Below are positions 1-11,470 of a stretch of DNA of 50,290 nt, piece after piece. This stretch comes from Octopus sinensis. Its lineage: Eukaryota. Positions within the stretch are counted from its first letter, which is position 1. Every line of letters starts with the position of its first letter. The notes below the pieces were generated by a model. It was not told the origin of the DNA. It did no database searches and saw only the letters and a program-made list of their open reading frames with translations. The stretch lies in assembly GCF_006345805.1 (NCBI RefSeq), contig NW_021834555.1:1-50290 (forward strand), given 5' to 3'. A program made the position numbers and the translations under genes.

Positions 1-220
1 ATTGGTTGAAGTTTGCAGAAATTGAAGAAAAAAAAACCAACAAATATCTTACAAGCTATAGAATTTTTTCAATAAAGCCAAGAGAAAAAGATGTTTTATA
101 AACACATTCTACCAGTATACGAAGTTCAAACCGAAAAGATCCAAAATAAATATTAGAAAAAAAAACGCATTTGGCCAAATTTGGACATACGACAGTTTAA
201 CATTATAGCAACGATATGTA
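1..220 (+). mobile_element. Right end of a TA-flanked MITE (same terminal sequence as 1859-2119)
   Basis: 169-220 'catttggccaaatttggacatacgacagtttaacattatagcaacgatatgta' is nearly identical to 2067-2119. The interior diverges and the element is cut by the window edge. Confidence 0.65.
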
Positions 221-702
221 TTCATCTGTTGGTCAGTACACACCACACACACGCTCGCAAACACACACACATTCGCAAACACACACACATTCGCACACAC
301 ACTCGCACACACATGCACACACCACACCATACTTTAAATGATGATCATATGGGGTATGTCTCTAAACACAGACGATCAACAGCCAAAAATATTTGCTGAT
401 AGTCACATCATCCTACACTTATACACCCCCCCACACGCACGCACACACACGCACACGCACACAAACATATATAGGTACACATATACACGTGATTAGTAAC
501 ACCACACCCTAATGTTCACTATCATACAACACTGACATCTTACACTTCCTTCCTATTAAAAACAAATTACGCTGACACACGCACACACACACATACACAC
601 ATATACGCACACGCACATTGACACACACACATGTACACGCACATTGACACACACACACGCACCCACGCTAATATACATACATATACGTTCATATATCTTT
701 TA

Positions 703-1108
703 TCTTTTACTTGTCTCGGTCATTTGACTGCGGCCATGCTGGGTCACCGCGCCGAAGGGCTTGGCAGAACAAACCGAATAAAGTATTTATTTTCTTGTAA
801 AGCCTGGTACTTACTCTATCACTCTCTTTTTGCCGAACCGCTAAAATTACGGGAACATAAACAAACCAACAGCGGTTGTCAAACAATAGTAGGGGATAAA
901 CACACACACACACGCGCGCGCCGCGCTCGCACACACACACACACACACACACAAACGCACACACACATATCTACGTCTTCTTTCAGCTTCCATTTATCAA
1001 ATCCACTCACAAGGCTTTGGTCGGCCTAGGGCTATAGTAAAAGACACTTGCTCAAGGTGCCACGGAGAGATGTAACACCAGAACCATGTGGTCGGGAAAC
1101 AAGCTTCT
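703..1108 (-). mobile_element. tRNA-derived CORE-type SINE (Octopus OR-like) with internal (CA)n
   Basis: Reverse complement shows a tRNA-like head, CORE-like 'caccttgagcaagtgtcttttactatagcc', an internal microsatellite and a 3' half ending 'gcagtcaaatgaccgagacaagtaaaaga'. More than 10 copies in the window. Confidence 0.85.
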
Positions 1109-1109
1109 G

Positions 1110-1179
<70 letters not shown>

Positions 1180-1630
1180 GTCTGTCTGTCTGTCTATTTG
1201 TCTTTTGCATACGTACATAATACGTACATTTATATCTACATACACGTACTCATACACACGCACACACACACACAAACATACATACCTACACAGGCATATC
1301 TATATTCATATGTTCGTGAGAGGGTGTGTGTGTGTGAGTATATATACACCCACTCATCACTCCCATAATTTCGTATGTTCTCACCGACCCAAACAGATTC
1401 CTGTCTGCACCCCTGTCCCCCATTAAACCCTCGTTCTCGTAAACGAAGAAGCACTCTCTTGAATACAAAAAGAAAGAGATTTCCGCGCAAGAATATAATA
1501 ATTATTCAGTTTCTGCAGAGGAATATATTTACAGAGTATTTCAACACCTCACACGAAACACAACATTAGACGCTTCTAAACTTACAGCCTATGTATTCTG
1601 CAGACATTCTTCATGTCTGTTTGTTTACAG

Positions 1631-1708
1631 GCGTTGCTATTAGTTACAGCTGGGATAGTTTACCAAAACGTTGGAGAGTTTTGACGGTCGAACATTTTTT
1701 CTATGGAG
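1631..1708 (+). CDS. Weak candidate 78-nt phase 1-1 exon (GVAISYSWDSLPKRWRVLTVEHFFYG)
   Basis: Acceptor 'tgtttgtttacag', donor 'GGAG|gtgtat', one open frame; no recognisable domain. Confidence 0.15.
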
Positions 1709-1795
1709 GTGTATGTGTTTGTATGTATGCACACACACACACACACACACACACACAACACACACACACACACACACAACACACACACACATACA

Positions 1796-1844
<49 letters not shown>

Positions 1845-1858
1845 CACACACACACGTA

Positions 1859-2119
1859 TACAGTTGTTATCATGCAAAAGTTTCGTAAGTCCAAAACTTT
1901 GCTTTATCAGAAAACGAAAAAAATATTTTGACCATTCCATAGCAAAACCGTTGCACTGCACTTTGATAATTTTTGATATCTTGGCACCTGAAGCAGATGG
2001 AGATACGATAGTTTGACCAAAAAGAACCGACTATTGCAAGCAAAAATGAATATTGAAAAAAAGCCACATTTGGCCAAATTTGGACATACGACAGTTTAAC
2101 ATAATAGCAACGATATGTA
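1859..2119 (+). mobile_element. ~260-bp Tc1/mariner-type MITE
   Basis: Imperfect TIRs (TACAGTTGTTATCATG..TCGTAAGTCCAAA vs the reverse complement TACATATCGTTGCTATTATG..TCGTATGTCCAAA), TA at both ends, and a full inverted copy at 27959-28216. Confidence 0.75.
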
Positions 2120-2344
2120 GATATGTATTATTCGTCAGTTGGGATATTGATTTGAAAGGAAAAGAAATAATTGTGCAAAAATTGATTTTTGTAAAGATAT
2201 TTGACAGTTAAGCAGCAGCAGCAGAAGCTGTTGTTGTTGACGTTGTTGTTTTCGTTATAGTAGTACTTGTGGTTGTTATTGTTGTTATTATTGTTGTCGT
2301 TATTGTAGATGCCACTGTTCTTGCCGTGCATTGTCACAACTGTA

Positions 2345-2380
<36 letters not shown>

Positions 2381-2867
2381 GTAGTAGTAGTAGTAGTAGT
2401 TGTTGTTGTTATTGCTGCTGTCGTCGTCGTTGTTGTTGTTGTTCACGAAACACTAGAATATTCACAAATTAAAAATAACAACAACAACAACCACAACAAA
2501 TCTCACTAATGGCGTTTTTACATAATATCTAAATATAAACTTATTACTAGACACGGGGGAGAAAAACTGGTTTTTGTTCTTGGAGATAATGATATTGGTT
2601 AGATAGCGATGCTCCAGAATGGCCACAATTCAATAACGGAAACCGGTAAAAGAATAAAGGACAAAAATATAAAATGATAGTTTGTTTATCAAAGAATACG
2701 TCCGTCCCTTCCCCACCCACCACCAAATCCCTCCCCTCGGTTCTCGACTACAACTTCACTAAACCCAATCCTGCCATATCAGAATGAACTTCCACTCGAA
2801 CTCCGCACCCGCTCGTCTCTTTCTACTCAGATGTTGACTTATAATGATTCCAGGGAAACAGTAAAAG

Positions 2868-3130
2868 GACGTTCTGACGTTGTGACATTCTGACGTTGTG
2901 CCTATATTTCAGAAACTGTGACATTCTGCCTATATCTTAGAAACCGTGACCGTGTTCCCATGTCATAGAAATTGTGACATTGTGCCTATATCTTAGAGGC
3001 CGTGATGGTGTACCCATATCATAGAAACTGTGACATTACGCTTATGTCTTAGCAACTGTGGCGTTTTGCTAAGCAATTGTGACGTTATGACTGTCATAGA
3101 AATTATGACGTTGTGTCTATATCTTAGAAA
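2868..3130. repeat. 28-bp minisatellite with alternating A/B units
   Basis: Exact 28-bp units at 2917, 2945, 2973, 3001 and 3029 (consensus tgtgacattgtgcctatatcttagaaac), with degenerate flanking units. Confidence 0.9.
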
Positions 3131-3798
3131 GCGCTAATTGCTTTCGGATGTTTAACAGTTTTTTTCTTTTAATTCAGATGTGAAGGACCCAGTTTCCTTC
3201 CTAAAACTCCATGAAAAGTAAATAGTTTACAAATTAGAAGTTGTTTTAAAGAGCAAATTACATTGAAAGATATGGCAGCTGGACATTTGTAATAAATGTG
3301 TGTGTGACAGGAAATGCTTTATTATCTGCCTAGGGTTGACGGCAAATGCTGACAAGTGGCAGCAGCAGCGGTGGTAGCGCTACTATCAAAGGGCCTGTCT
3401 GTCTGTCTGTCTCTCGTTGTCCCTCTCTCTCTCGTTCTCTCTCTTGCTGTCTTTTTGTCTGTCTGTCTGTTTCTCCCTCTGTATATATATAATGTAATTT
3501 ATATATATGTGTGTGTGTAGGTATATATATAATATATACCTATAAGTATATATATATATCTATATATATGTATGTATACATATATATATGTGTGTGTGTG
3601 CGTGCTTGTATGTAGGTGTGTGTATTATGTATGTCTAGAGTGAGGGAGAGAGAGAGAGGAGAGGACAGAGAGAGAGAAGAGTGAAGAACAATGACATAAA
3701 AGAGAAATTGATGTTTGTAATTTGTGTTTAGGTGGGTGTATAGGTGTCTGTCTGGGTGTAATTAGGGTGATGTGACTGAGTTAATAGGGGAAATTAAG

Positions 3799-3856
<58 letters not shown>

Positions 3857-4089
3857 GAGAGAGAGAGAGAGAGAAAAATTTCGTGGTAGTGGTTGTGGAG
3901 ATGAGACGAGACAAGGATGCAGTAGTGGTGGTAGTTTGTGGAGTGAAGGAGTAATTAGTACTGTAGTAAGGGTTGTAGTTGTAGAGAGATGGGACAGTTA
4001 GTATTGTAGACGTATTGGTGGTGCTGAAAGGACGGTTAGTGCGGTTGTAGTGGAGGTGAAGATGGAGTATTTAGAATTTCAGTGTAAAG

Positions 4090-4341
4090 CAATGGTTCTC
4101 GACCCTTTTCTCCCCTAAAAAACCCCTTTTGTTCCTATTTTACTCTACTGGACCCTCCCCCATAGCCAGTCGATGTTTTCAAAAATCCTATAATATTTTT
4201 ATAATTAAATAATTTTAGGAATTGTATAAAGAATATTTTGTGTATTGTAGACGTTTAACCAATTTGTTGCAGACAAATTTTGATAACAAAATTTTATATG
4301 GAGCCTTTAAGGGTCACATGGACCTCGGTTGAGACCCACTT
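4090..4341. mobile_element. hAT (Charlie-like) MITE
   Basis: TIR caatggttctcgacc / ggttgagacccactt (11/15 complementary); 8-bp TSD gtgtaaag (4082-4089) vs gtgtaagg (4342-4349). Confidence 0.7.
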
Positions 4342-4663
4342 GTGTAAGGGTTGCAGTGTTATAAAGTATAAAAAGACTGATATGTTGTCCCATTTTAATT
4401 CTGGAATAAGGACTAAATGATCTTGGCTGCCTCCTTTTCCTACCCCACCCCAAAAAAGAAAAAAATTTCCTCTGATGAAGGTGTCCCCCCAATACATCTT
4501 GCATTGGGGACATCACTTCATCCGCATTTGGCTGGGTGTTACAACGAGCTCCTTCTGACAATGCGGTACCGAGCAGTAGTGATGCTGTTAGGAATTGTCT
4601 TGAGTTCTTGTTTTTGACCCACACTGTAACCCGATTACCCCACTACTTCTGTTAACCCTGCAG

Positions 4664-4707
4664 CCACCACACCTGACCTTTAAGCGAAAGTCTCCAAGAA
4701 AAACTTG
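4664..4707 (+). CDS. Weak candidate 44-nt exon (PPHLTFKRKSPRKT), possibly non-coding
   Basis: Strong acceptor 'ttctgttaaccctgcag' and donor 'TTG|gtaaga'; open only in phase 0. Confidence 0.2.
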
Positions 4708-5123
4708 GTAAGATGGAACAAGGCTGCAGGAGGAGCAGTCTTTTCAATATTCAAGGAAACTGTTTTTTGTTTAATTAAAAAACTTCCTTTAATGAGGAAC
4801 CGGGTAGATAGCTACGGGCTCTATCCACTTCGAACCCGAATCTCCCTCTGCTATAGCCACGACGAAGCATTCTTTACTGCCCTCTCCAATCTAAGACTCA
4901 TTACAAAGCAATGAGTCATTCTCAGAAGAGAATATAAAACAAAAATGCTTCATCATGGATGAAGTACATGGTGGTAGCTGGAATGTTCTTTTTTTATTTT
5001 TTGTCATAAGTCTACTAGGATCAGGGCTGACTTTGGTCTGAACAACAACGACAACAACAAAAACCGGAAACTACAGCAGCAGCAACAGCAAACAGTAACA
5101 GCAACAACAGCAGCAGCAGCATC

Positions 5124-5160
<37 letters not shown>

Positions 5161-5754
5161 CATGAAGTTGCTTATTTTGGGCAATTTAGGTCCATATTAA
5201 GACTAGCTGCAGATGGAGTACCATTTTAGCAAGTTTAGCAAGTTGTATATTTTTTGACTAAAAAAAAATCGGCGATAACAGCAACAACAGTAGCATAAAA
5301 ATACTTTTTTATTATTATTTTTTGAAAAAGGTTACGTAAAATGGCGTTCATATATGATAAAATATTTTACTGTTTAAGAACGATTAAGAAACAATTTATC
5401 TATTGGAGAGGATTTTAGTTTATAATCCTTCCCCGAGAAACCAACATATTGTCTCGCTGTGAAGCACTGTATAAGGACGAAGCATTTAAACGTTTAAAAG
5501 GTTTCAGGAACTGAAGAAAATCAACTACGAACAGAAGCAGGAATAAAAAGCAATTAATTTTACGCTGCAAGAAAGAAATACCTTGATGTTTTGGGCAATG
5601 AGTGTATGTCAAAAAAAAAAAAAAAATTACCGGCCTGTTCTCTGTTTTCTCCATTACAACGTAACTATAATTACCTTGTAATCCCGTCTTTATTGGTTAT
5701 TTTTTCTCCCTAAAACGTTTTGGCTATCATAACCTCGAAAGAGCTCTTAACTCC

Positions 5755-5803
<49 letters not shown>

Positions 5804-5952
5804 CAGAAAATTATTAGATATTTGAAAAGAACAGATAACATGGTATCGTAGGCTGCAGGTGGCAAGTGCACTACGCATGAAAGACTCCAGGAACTCCAAC
5901 AAAACCTATGATAAAGAGAAATGATAATAATGATAATAATAATTACTAATAT

Positions 5953-6491
5953 CCATACTGAGTGGGAGAGCAGCGCATGCCATCAAAGTGACGCCGGGGT
6001 AAAAATATACGAAGCCCAATATACCCATCATGACTAACCCTCTGATAAGGGTACACCAGGCACATGCTTCGCGCAACCATATGTGCGCAACATCGGGACC
6101 CCATACGAAGATAAACAACGCATGACCTTGTAATTGGGCCCAGTTAGAATTTTCTTCAGGTCGATAATCCATCCTGCTCAAAAGGTCCCTGAATAAGGGT
6201 TGCTTAAGGATGATGAACGAAAGACTCATATTTCCAGAAGTGAATTATTGAAACCCCAAAGAATTCCTTTCAACACATGGCTATAATACTCCCCCACTAC
6301 TTCTGCTCATGATCAGAGATGCACATATCGTCAGCCACCAAGGGACATGCTCAAATAATTATGGTCAAGCAACTGACAAGCAAATCTGTGGTATTGAGCA
6401 GAGTATTTGATATAGTCTAACATGATAACACTTCCAATGAGTTAAGCTCAGAAGCCACGAGAGCCACTGTCTGATGTTGCATCAGGGCGTC

Positions 6492-6495
<4 letters not shown>
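5953..6495. mobile_element. Probable retroposon segment with (TTA)n tail
   Basis: GC-balanced ~540-bp block between (AAT)n and (TTA)n tracts. It resembles a common Octopus interspersed repeat (recall only; single copy in this window). Confidence 0.4.
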
Positions 6496-6543
<48 letters not shown>

Positions 6544-6585
6544 GTTATTGTTGTTATTGTTGTTGTTGTTGTTGTTGTTGTTGTT

Positions 6586-6790
6586 AAGAAGGCGGCCAGC
6601 TGGCAGAATCGTTAGCACGCTGTATTTCGCCCGTCTTTATGTTCTTAGTTCAAATTCCGCCGAGATCGACTTTGCTTTTCATCCTTTCGGGGTCGATAAA
6701 TTAAGTACCAGTTTAGTACTGGGGTCGATCTAATAGATTATTCCCTTCCCCCAAATGTCAGGCCTTGTGCCTATAGTAGAAATGATTATT
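6586..6790 (+). mobile_element. tRNA-derived SINE, second family (Octopus OK-like)
   Basis: Head 'ggcggccagctggcagaatcgttagcacg', B-box-like 'gttcaaattcc', body 'gtcgactttgcttttcatcctttcggggtcgataaattaagtaccagt', (ATT)n tail. Confidence 0.85.
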
Positions 6791-6807
6791 ATTACTATTA
6801 TTATTAC

Positions 6808-6852
<45 letters not shown>

Positions 6853-7078
6853 GAAGGCAGCGAGCTGGCAGAATCGTTAGCAGGCCGGGCAAAATGTTTA
6901 GTGGCATTTCGTTCGTCTTTGCGTTCTGAGTTCAAATTCTGTCGAGGTCGACTTTGCTTTTCATTTGTTAGGGGTCGATAAACTAAGTACCAGTTAAGTA
7001 CTGGAGTCGATGTAATCGACTCATCCTCCTCCCGCTAAAATTGCTGCACTTGTGGCAAAATTTGAAACCATTACTACT
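6853..7078 (+). mobile_element. OK-like SINE, tandem second copy
   Basis: Same head and body as 6586-6790; starts directly in the previous copy's (ATT)n tail. Confidence 0.85.
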
Positions 7079-7378
7079 ACTACTACTACTACTACTTGAA
7101 CTGTTGCTAACCTTAAAATAGACTCGTCTGGCTTTTAAAATGTTTCTTGTATACAGCTTAAGTGTAGAAGAATGTGAAGTGTAATTTTCGCCAAAACTCA
7201 AAATTTACAAGAACCAAGTAACTTGCTATTGGAATAATTAAGCAATTAACCTGTCTTCTTTTAATTATTTGACATGTGCTTAGTTCAAAGAAATAAGATT
7301 TGCATCTTAGAAAATAAGACAATCTTTGTGAAATTAATCGTAGAAATTATCCAATTTGCAAATTTGGCAAATTAATGT

Positions 7379-7463
<85 letters not shown>

Positions 7464-7602
7464 AGGAGTAAATAAAGATCTGTTGAACATTAACGCTCAG
7501 AAAATAGAGGTAGAGATGTAATGATTGTTGGCAACAGAAGAACAATAGGTTATGCATACATTCATACATACAATATGTATATATGTGTGTGTGTGTGTGA
7601 AG

Positions 7603-7634
<32 letters not shown>

Positions 7635-7637
<3 letters not shown>

Positions 7638-7729
7638 TGACACCTTATGCAAGTGTCTTCTACTATAGCCTCGGGCCGACCAAAGCCTTGTGAGTGGATT
7701 TGGCAGACAGAAACTGAAAGAAGCCCGTC

Positions 7730-7763
<34 letters not shown>

Positions 7764-8003
7764 GTATGTATATGTGTATATATATAAATGTATGTATATG
7801 TGTATGCTTGTGTATGTTTGTCCCCCACCCCCAACATCGCTTGACAACCGATGCTGGTGTGTTTACGTCCCCGTAACTTAGCGGTTCAGCAAAAGTGACC
7901 GATAGAATAAGTACTAAGCTTATAAAGAAGACGTCTAGGGGTTGATTTGTTCAACTAAAGGCAGTGCTCCAGCATGGCTGCAGTCAAATGACCGAAACAA
8001 ATA
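7635..8003 (+). mobile_element. CORE-type SINE, 5'-truncated
   Basis: CORE segment, internal (TA)n and a complete 3' half. Confidence 0.85.
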
Positions 8004-8029
8004 AACGAATATATATACATATGTATGTG

Positions 8030-8325
8030 AAGGCGCATGGCTCAGTGGTTAAGGTTTTGCACTCACGATTGCGAGGTCGTGAGTTTGATTGCCAGATTGG
8101 GCATTGCGTTGTGTTCCCGAGCAAAGCGCTTCATTTCACTTTGCTCCGCGATCATTTCGTCATCCGACATGTACATTTAATGTCGATATGATGGAGGGAG
8201 TAAGCTTATATCTATACAAACATTTGATCACTATAAACAAATCATTTGTGTGGTTGTTCGGTAGGAAATTTTCGAACCCTCAGACGTCGTCTAACGACAG
8301 GAGGGTCCATCACCATATATATATA
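8030..8325 (+). mobile_element. tRNA-derived SINE, third family
   Basis: A-box 'tggctcagtggttaagg' and degenerate B-box 'gagtttgattgcc'. Related heads at 50202-50290 (+), ~11020-11095 (-), ~46845-46955 (-) and ~49375-49560 (+). Confidence 0.7.
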
Positions 8326-8430
8326 GCAGAGTAAGCACATAAATGTGAAACAAGGTTGGAAAAATAGTGCTCGAGTACCGGAGGTAGAGCAATATGCTTT
8401 ATTATTAAAACTGCAAAAACATCACAAAAA

Positions 8431-8468
8431 CTGCTATTCAGAGTTTCACGTTCCCGATCGCCGGACAG
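8431..8468 (-). ncRNA. Degenerate type I hammerhead-like motif
   Basis: Minus strand CTGT-CCGGCGA-T-CG GGAA CG-T-GAAAC TCT GAAT A-GCAG: hammerhead topology with U4>C, A6>G and G16.2>A changes. Confidence 0.45.
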
Positions 8469-8586
8469 TTGTGATTGAGAACGGAACAATTGAGGTTATA
8501 TATTTAAATATTACGAGTAGGAGTTTTTGTGATGCTTTTGCAACTTTAATAATAAAGTTTATTTATATATACCTATATACATACAA

Positions 8587-8897
8587 GTGGAGGCGCAATG
8601 GCCCAGTGGTTAGGGCAGCGGACTCGCGTTCGTAGGATCGCGGTTTCGATTCCCAGACCGGGCGTTGTGAGTGGTTATTGAGCGAAAACATCTAAAAGCT
8701 CCACGACGCTCCAGCAGGGGGGGGGGTGATCCCTGCTGTACTCTTTCACCACTCTTTCTCCCACTCTTTCTTCTGTTGGCCTGCTCGCTTAGCCAGCGGG
8801 GTGGCGTCATTCGACGGCTAAAACAATGCGAACGCATTGTGACCAGCGATGTGTAGCAACATCTGATGGTCTGGTCGGTCACAGTGATACGGTGATA
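8587..8897 (+). mobile_element. tRNA-derived SINE, fourth family
   Basis: Head 'ggaggcgcaatggcccagtggttagggcagcggactcgc...ggtttcgattccc'. A near-identical 3' segment is at 27752-27868 and a related head at 43437. Confidence 0.8.
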
Positions 8898-8924
8898 TAC
8901 ATACATACACACACACATATATAT

Positions 8925-9217
8925 ATTCTTTTACTTGTTTCAGTCATATGACTGCGGCCATACTGGAGCACCTTTAGTCGAGCAAATCGACCCCAGGACT
9001 TATTCTTTGAAAGCCTAGTACTTATTCTATCGGTCTATTTTGCCGAACCGCTAAGTTACGGGGACGTAAACACACCAGCGTCGGTTGTCAAGTGATGTTG
9101 CAGTGACAAACTCAGATACACAAACATATACGCACACATACATATATACGACGGGCTTCTTTCAGTTACCGTCTACCAAATCCACTCACATGGCTTTGGT
9201 CGGCCCGAGGCTATAGT
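8925..9217 (-). mobile_element. CORE-type SINE truncated at a fold-back MITE
   Basis: The 3' half and CORE are present; the sequence stops at 'ggctatagtag' where the MITE begins. Confidence 0.85.
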
Positions 9218-9581
9218 AGTGGTATGGCAGTTGCAGGATGTTGATGGAATCCACTTAAATGGTCAAGTGACCTAAAAGTGACTTGTTGTGGATGATAGTA
9301 GTGATTGAAATCGTTCTGATTAAATTCTTGAGGCGACTGATTAGTAAAGAGTCATTCTTCATCACAAATTACCAACCCCTTTTGAATGCATCTTCAACAA
9401 ATGACACTGTCACCTGGCCCTTAGAATAACACCCATGCAAATATTAAAAATGATAGATTCAAAACAATAATTTATTCAGAACGATTTCAATCACTACTAT
9501 CTTCCACAACGAGTCACTTTCAGGTCACTTGACTATTTAAGTGGATTCCATCAACATCCTGCTATTGCCATTCCACTACCG
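9214..9581. mobile_element. Fold-back MITE with ~110-bp TIRs, TA-flanked
   Basis: 9216-~9325 'gtagtggtatggcagttgcaggatgttgatggaatccac...gaaatcgttctga' is complementary to ~9470-9579. TA at 9212-9213 and 9582-9583. Confidence 0.8.
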
Positions 9582-9584
9582 TAT

Positions 9585-9948
9585 TCTTCTTCTTCTTCTC
9601 TTCTTCTTCTTCTTCTTCTTCTTCTTCTTTCTTCTTCTCTCTTCTTTCTCTTCTTCTTCTTCTTCTTCTTCTCCTCTCTTCTTCTTCTTCTCTTTCTTCT
9701 TCTTCCTCCTCCTCTTCTTTCGCCTCCTCCTTTCTTTCTCCTCCTCCTTCCTCCTTCTCCTCCTCCTCCTCCTCCTCCCCATAGGCTCCTCCTCCTCCTC
9801 CTTCCTCCTCCTCCTCTCCTCCTCTCCTGCTAAGCTCCTCCGCCTCCTCCTCCTCCTCTCTTGCTCCTCCTCCTGCCTCCTTCTTCTTCTTCCTTTCTTC
9901 TTTCTTTCTTCTTTCTTCTTCTTTTTCCTCCTCCTCCTTCTTCTTCTT
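9585..9948. repeat. (CTT)n/(CCT)n polypyrimidine tract
   Basis: About 360 bp, almost purely C/T on the plus strand. Confidence 0.95.
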
Positions 9949-10056
9949 CGGTTGATAGTGGATACTTGCAGTTGATGACGTACAAAGACACAGAAATCAC
10001 GATATAGTCATTCCATTACTGTTGGATACTTTTCGTTTTTTACATAGAAAAAAACT

Positions 10057-10230
10057 GACATTCCGTTGGTGACAAGGACGAGTAATCCAGTTGATCCAAT
10101 CAACAGAACAGCCTGCTCGTGAAACTAACGTGCAAGTGGCTGAGCTCTCTACAGACAGGCGTACCCTTAACATAGTTCTCGGGGCGATTCAGCGTGATAC
10201 ACCGAATATGACAAGGCTGGGGACTTTTTC
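10057..10230 (+). mobile_element. Interspersed repeat, fifth family
   Basis: 'gacattccgttgg...cagcctgctcgtgaaactaacgtgcaagtggctgag...' recurs at ~25698-25880 (+) and 28346-28415 (-, partial). Confidence 0.75.
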
Positions 10231-11416
10231 AGTTTCTTCAGTCTTTGTTCCAATTGATTTCATACTTGGTGTATTGATGTAGTTTTGTATGGTAATCATT
10301 GACATGAAATTCATTTTCACCATAAACTAATAAATAGGATTAATAGGTTTTAAAGTTTGCAAACTTTGAATAATTTTAGCCAATAGAAACCGCAGACACA
10401 TAGGTGCCGATTTACCAAGCTGTTTACCTACGTGGTCATTTTCGTTTATTAAATGCTTAAAACACATGAGGTATGAGGTGGTCGTGAGATGGGCTAAGAA
10501 TAATAGCTAAATAGGCCTTAAATTATGCACCAAATTTTGCTTTTGATTTTTGCATAATCGTATGAATTCCTGTGTGTAGAATACAAATTCGTAAAAATTT
10601 TATGAAAATTCCAAATATAAAAAAAAAAAAAAGATATGGTGTGCGTAAAGCAAAATTCCGCCAATATTTCATTTGTTTCTAGTTGACAACACGTGACAGT
10701 CACGCATAAAATGACAGCTTCCAAATCCTATTTCCTAACTGTGTTAAAAGTATCAAATTTCAAATCTCTGTAACTATTAAAAAAATTTTTTTTGGAAAAA
10801 GTGAATTAAACCCTTAGATTAACCTCTTAGATTAACCCTTTGGAAAATGACAACAATACACCAAATTTTAAGATTTTCATTAAACTTGAAACAAACAAAC
10901 AAACTTTAAAAAAAAAAAATCTCAAGGATGGCGCTTTCAAATACAGGTACAGCTAATTTTTTCCCGCTGAGTGGACTGGAGTAAGGTGAAGTAAAATGTT
11001 TAAGGGCACAATACGATGCAAGGAATCGAACTCACGGATTTAAGATCGTTAGCCGAGTACTCTAACTACTAAGCCACGCGTCTTCACGTTACGGGCACAC
11101 TTCTGTGCTTTTATACGTCTATTTGAGATGCTTTCGCAAGACGAATACTGCAGTTTTGCGGCTTTCGATAGTATATCCACGTTAAGTAAGATGCACAAAA
11201 TAATATATTCTATTGTTGGTGGAGTTAATGTCCGTGGCAAGCTGGCAGCTATGCTGTAATTGTTTGGGATTTTTGTGTTCTGCGTTCTAATTTTACTGAG
11301 GTCACATTCGCCTTTCACCCTTCCGGTGTAGATAAAATAAAATACTGAGACCCGTTCTGGTCTCTGCCTTTGTCTATCTCTACACCCCTCCAACCACGAC
11401 ACACCCTCTCTCTCAG

Positions 11417-11470
11417 AATCAGTAATGTTTGCGTTGTGGGAAGGGTCACAGAGTTCATTTTACCAGAATG
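11417..11470 (+). CDS. Candidate 54-nt symmetric exon (ESVMFALWEGSQSSFYQNG in phase 1)
   Basis: Acceptor 'ccctctctctcag', donor 'AATG|gtgagg', length divisible by 3, open in phases 1 and 2. Confidence 0.3.

Noticed and set aside
1397-1569. Frame DSCLHPCPPLNPRSRKRRS with a furin-like site, and an overlapping frame EISAQEYNNYSV...
   Set aside because: No convincing donor/acceptor pair, and several frames are similarly open, so chance is likely.
2868-3130. Regularly spaced repeat as a possible CRISPR array
   Set aside because: There are no unique spacers, the context is eukaryotic and no cas genes are present.
3178-3217. Exon-like DVKDPVSFLKLHE after a strong acceptor
   Set aside because: Weak donor (gtaaat), and it does not chain in phase with the next candidate exon.
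5906-6229. 107-aa minus ORF with hydrophobic stretches
   Set aside because: It lies within a probable retroposon segment and has no recognisable domain or splice context.
8030-8110. tRNA-like heads here and at 8587, 32676, 43437 and 50202
   Set aside because: No complete cloverleaf or terminator; they continue into SINE bodies, so they are not tRNA genes.
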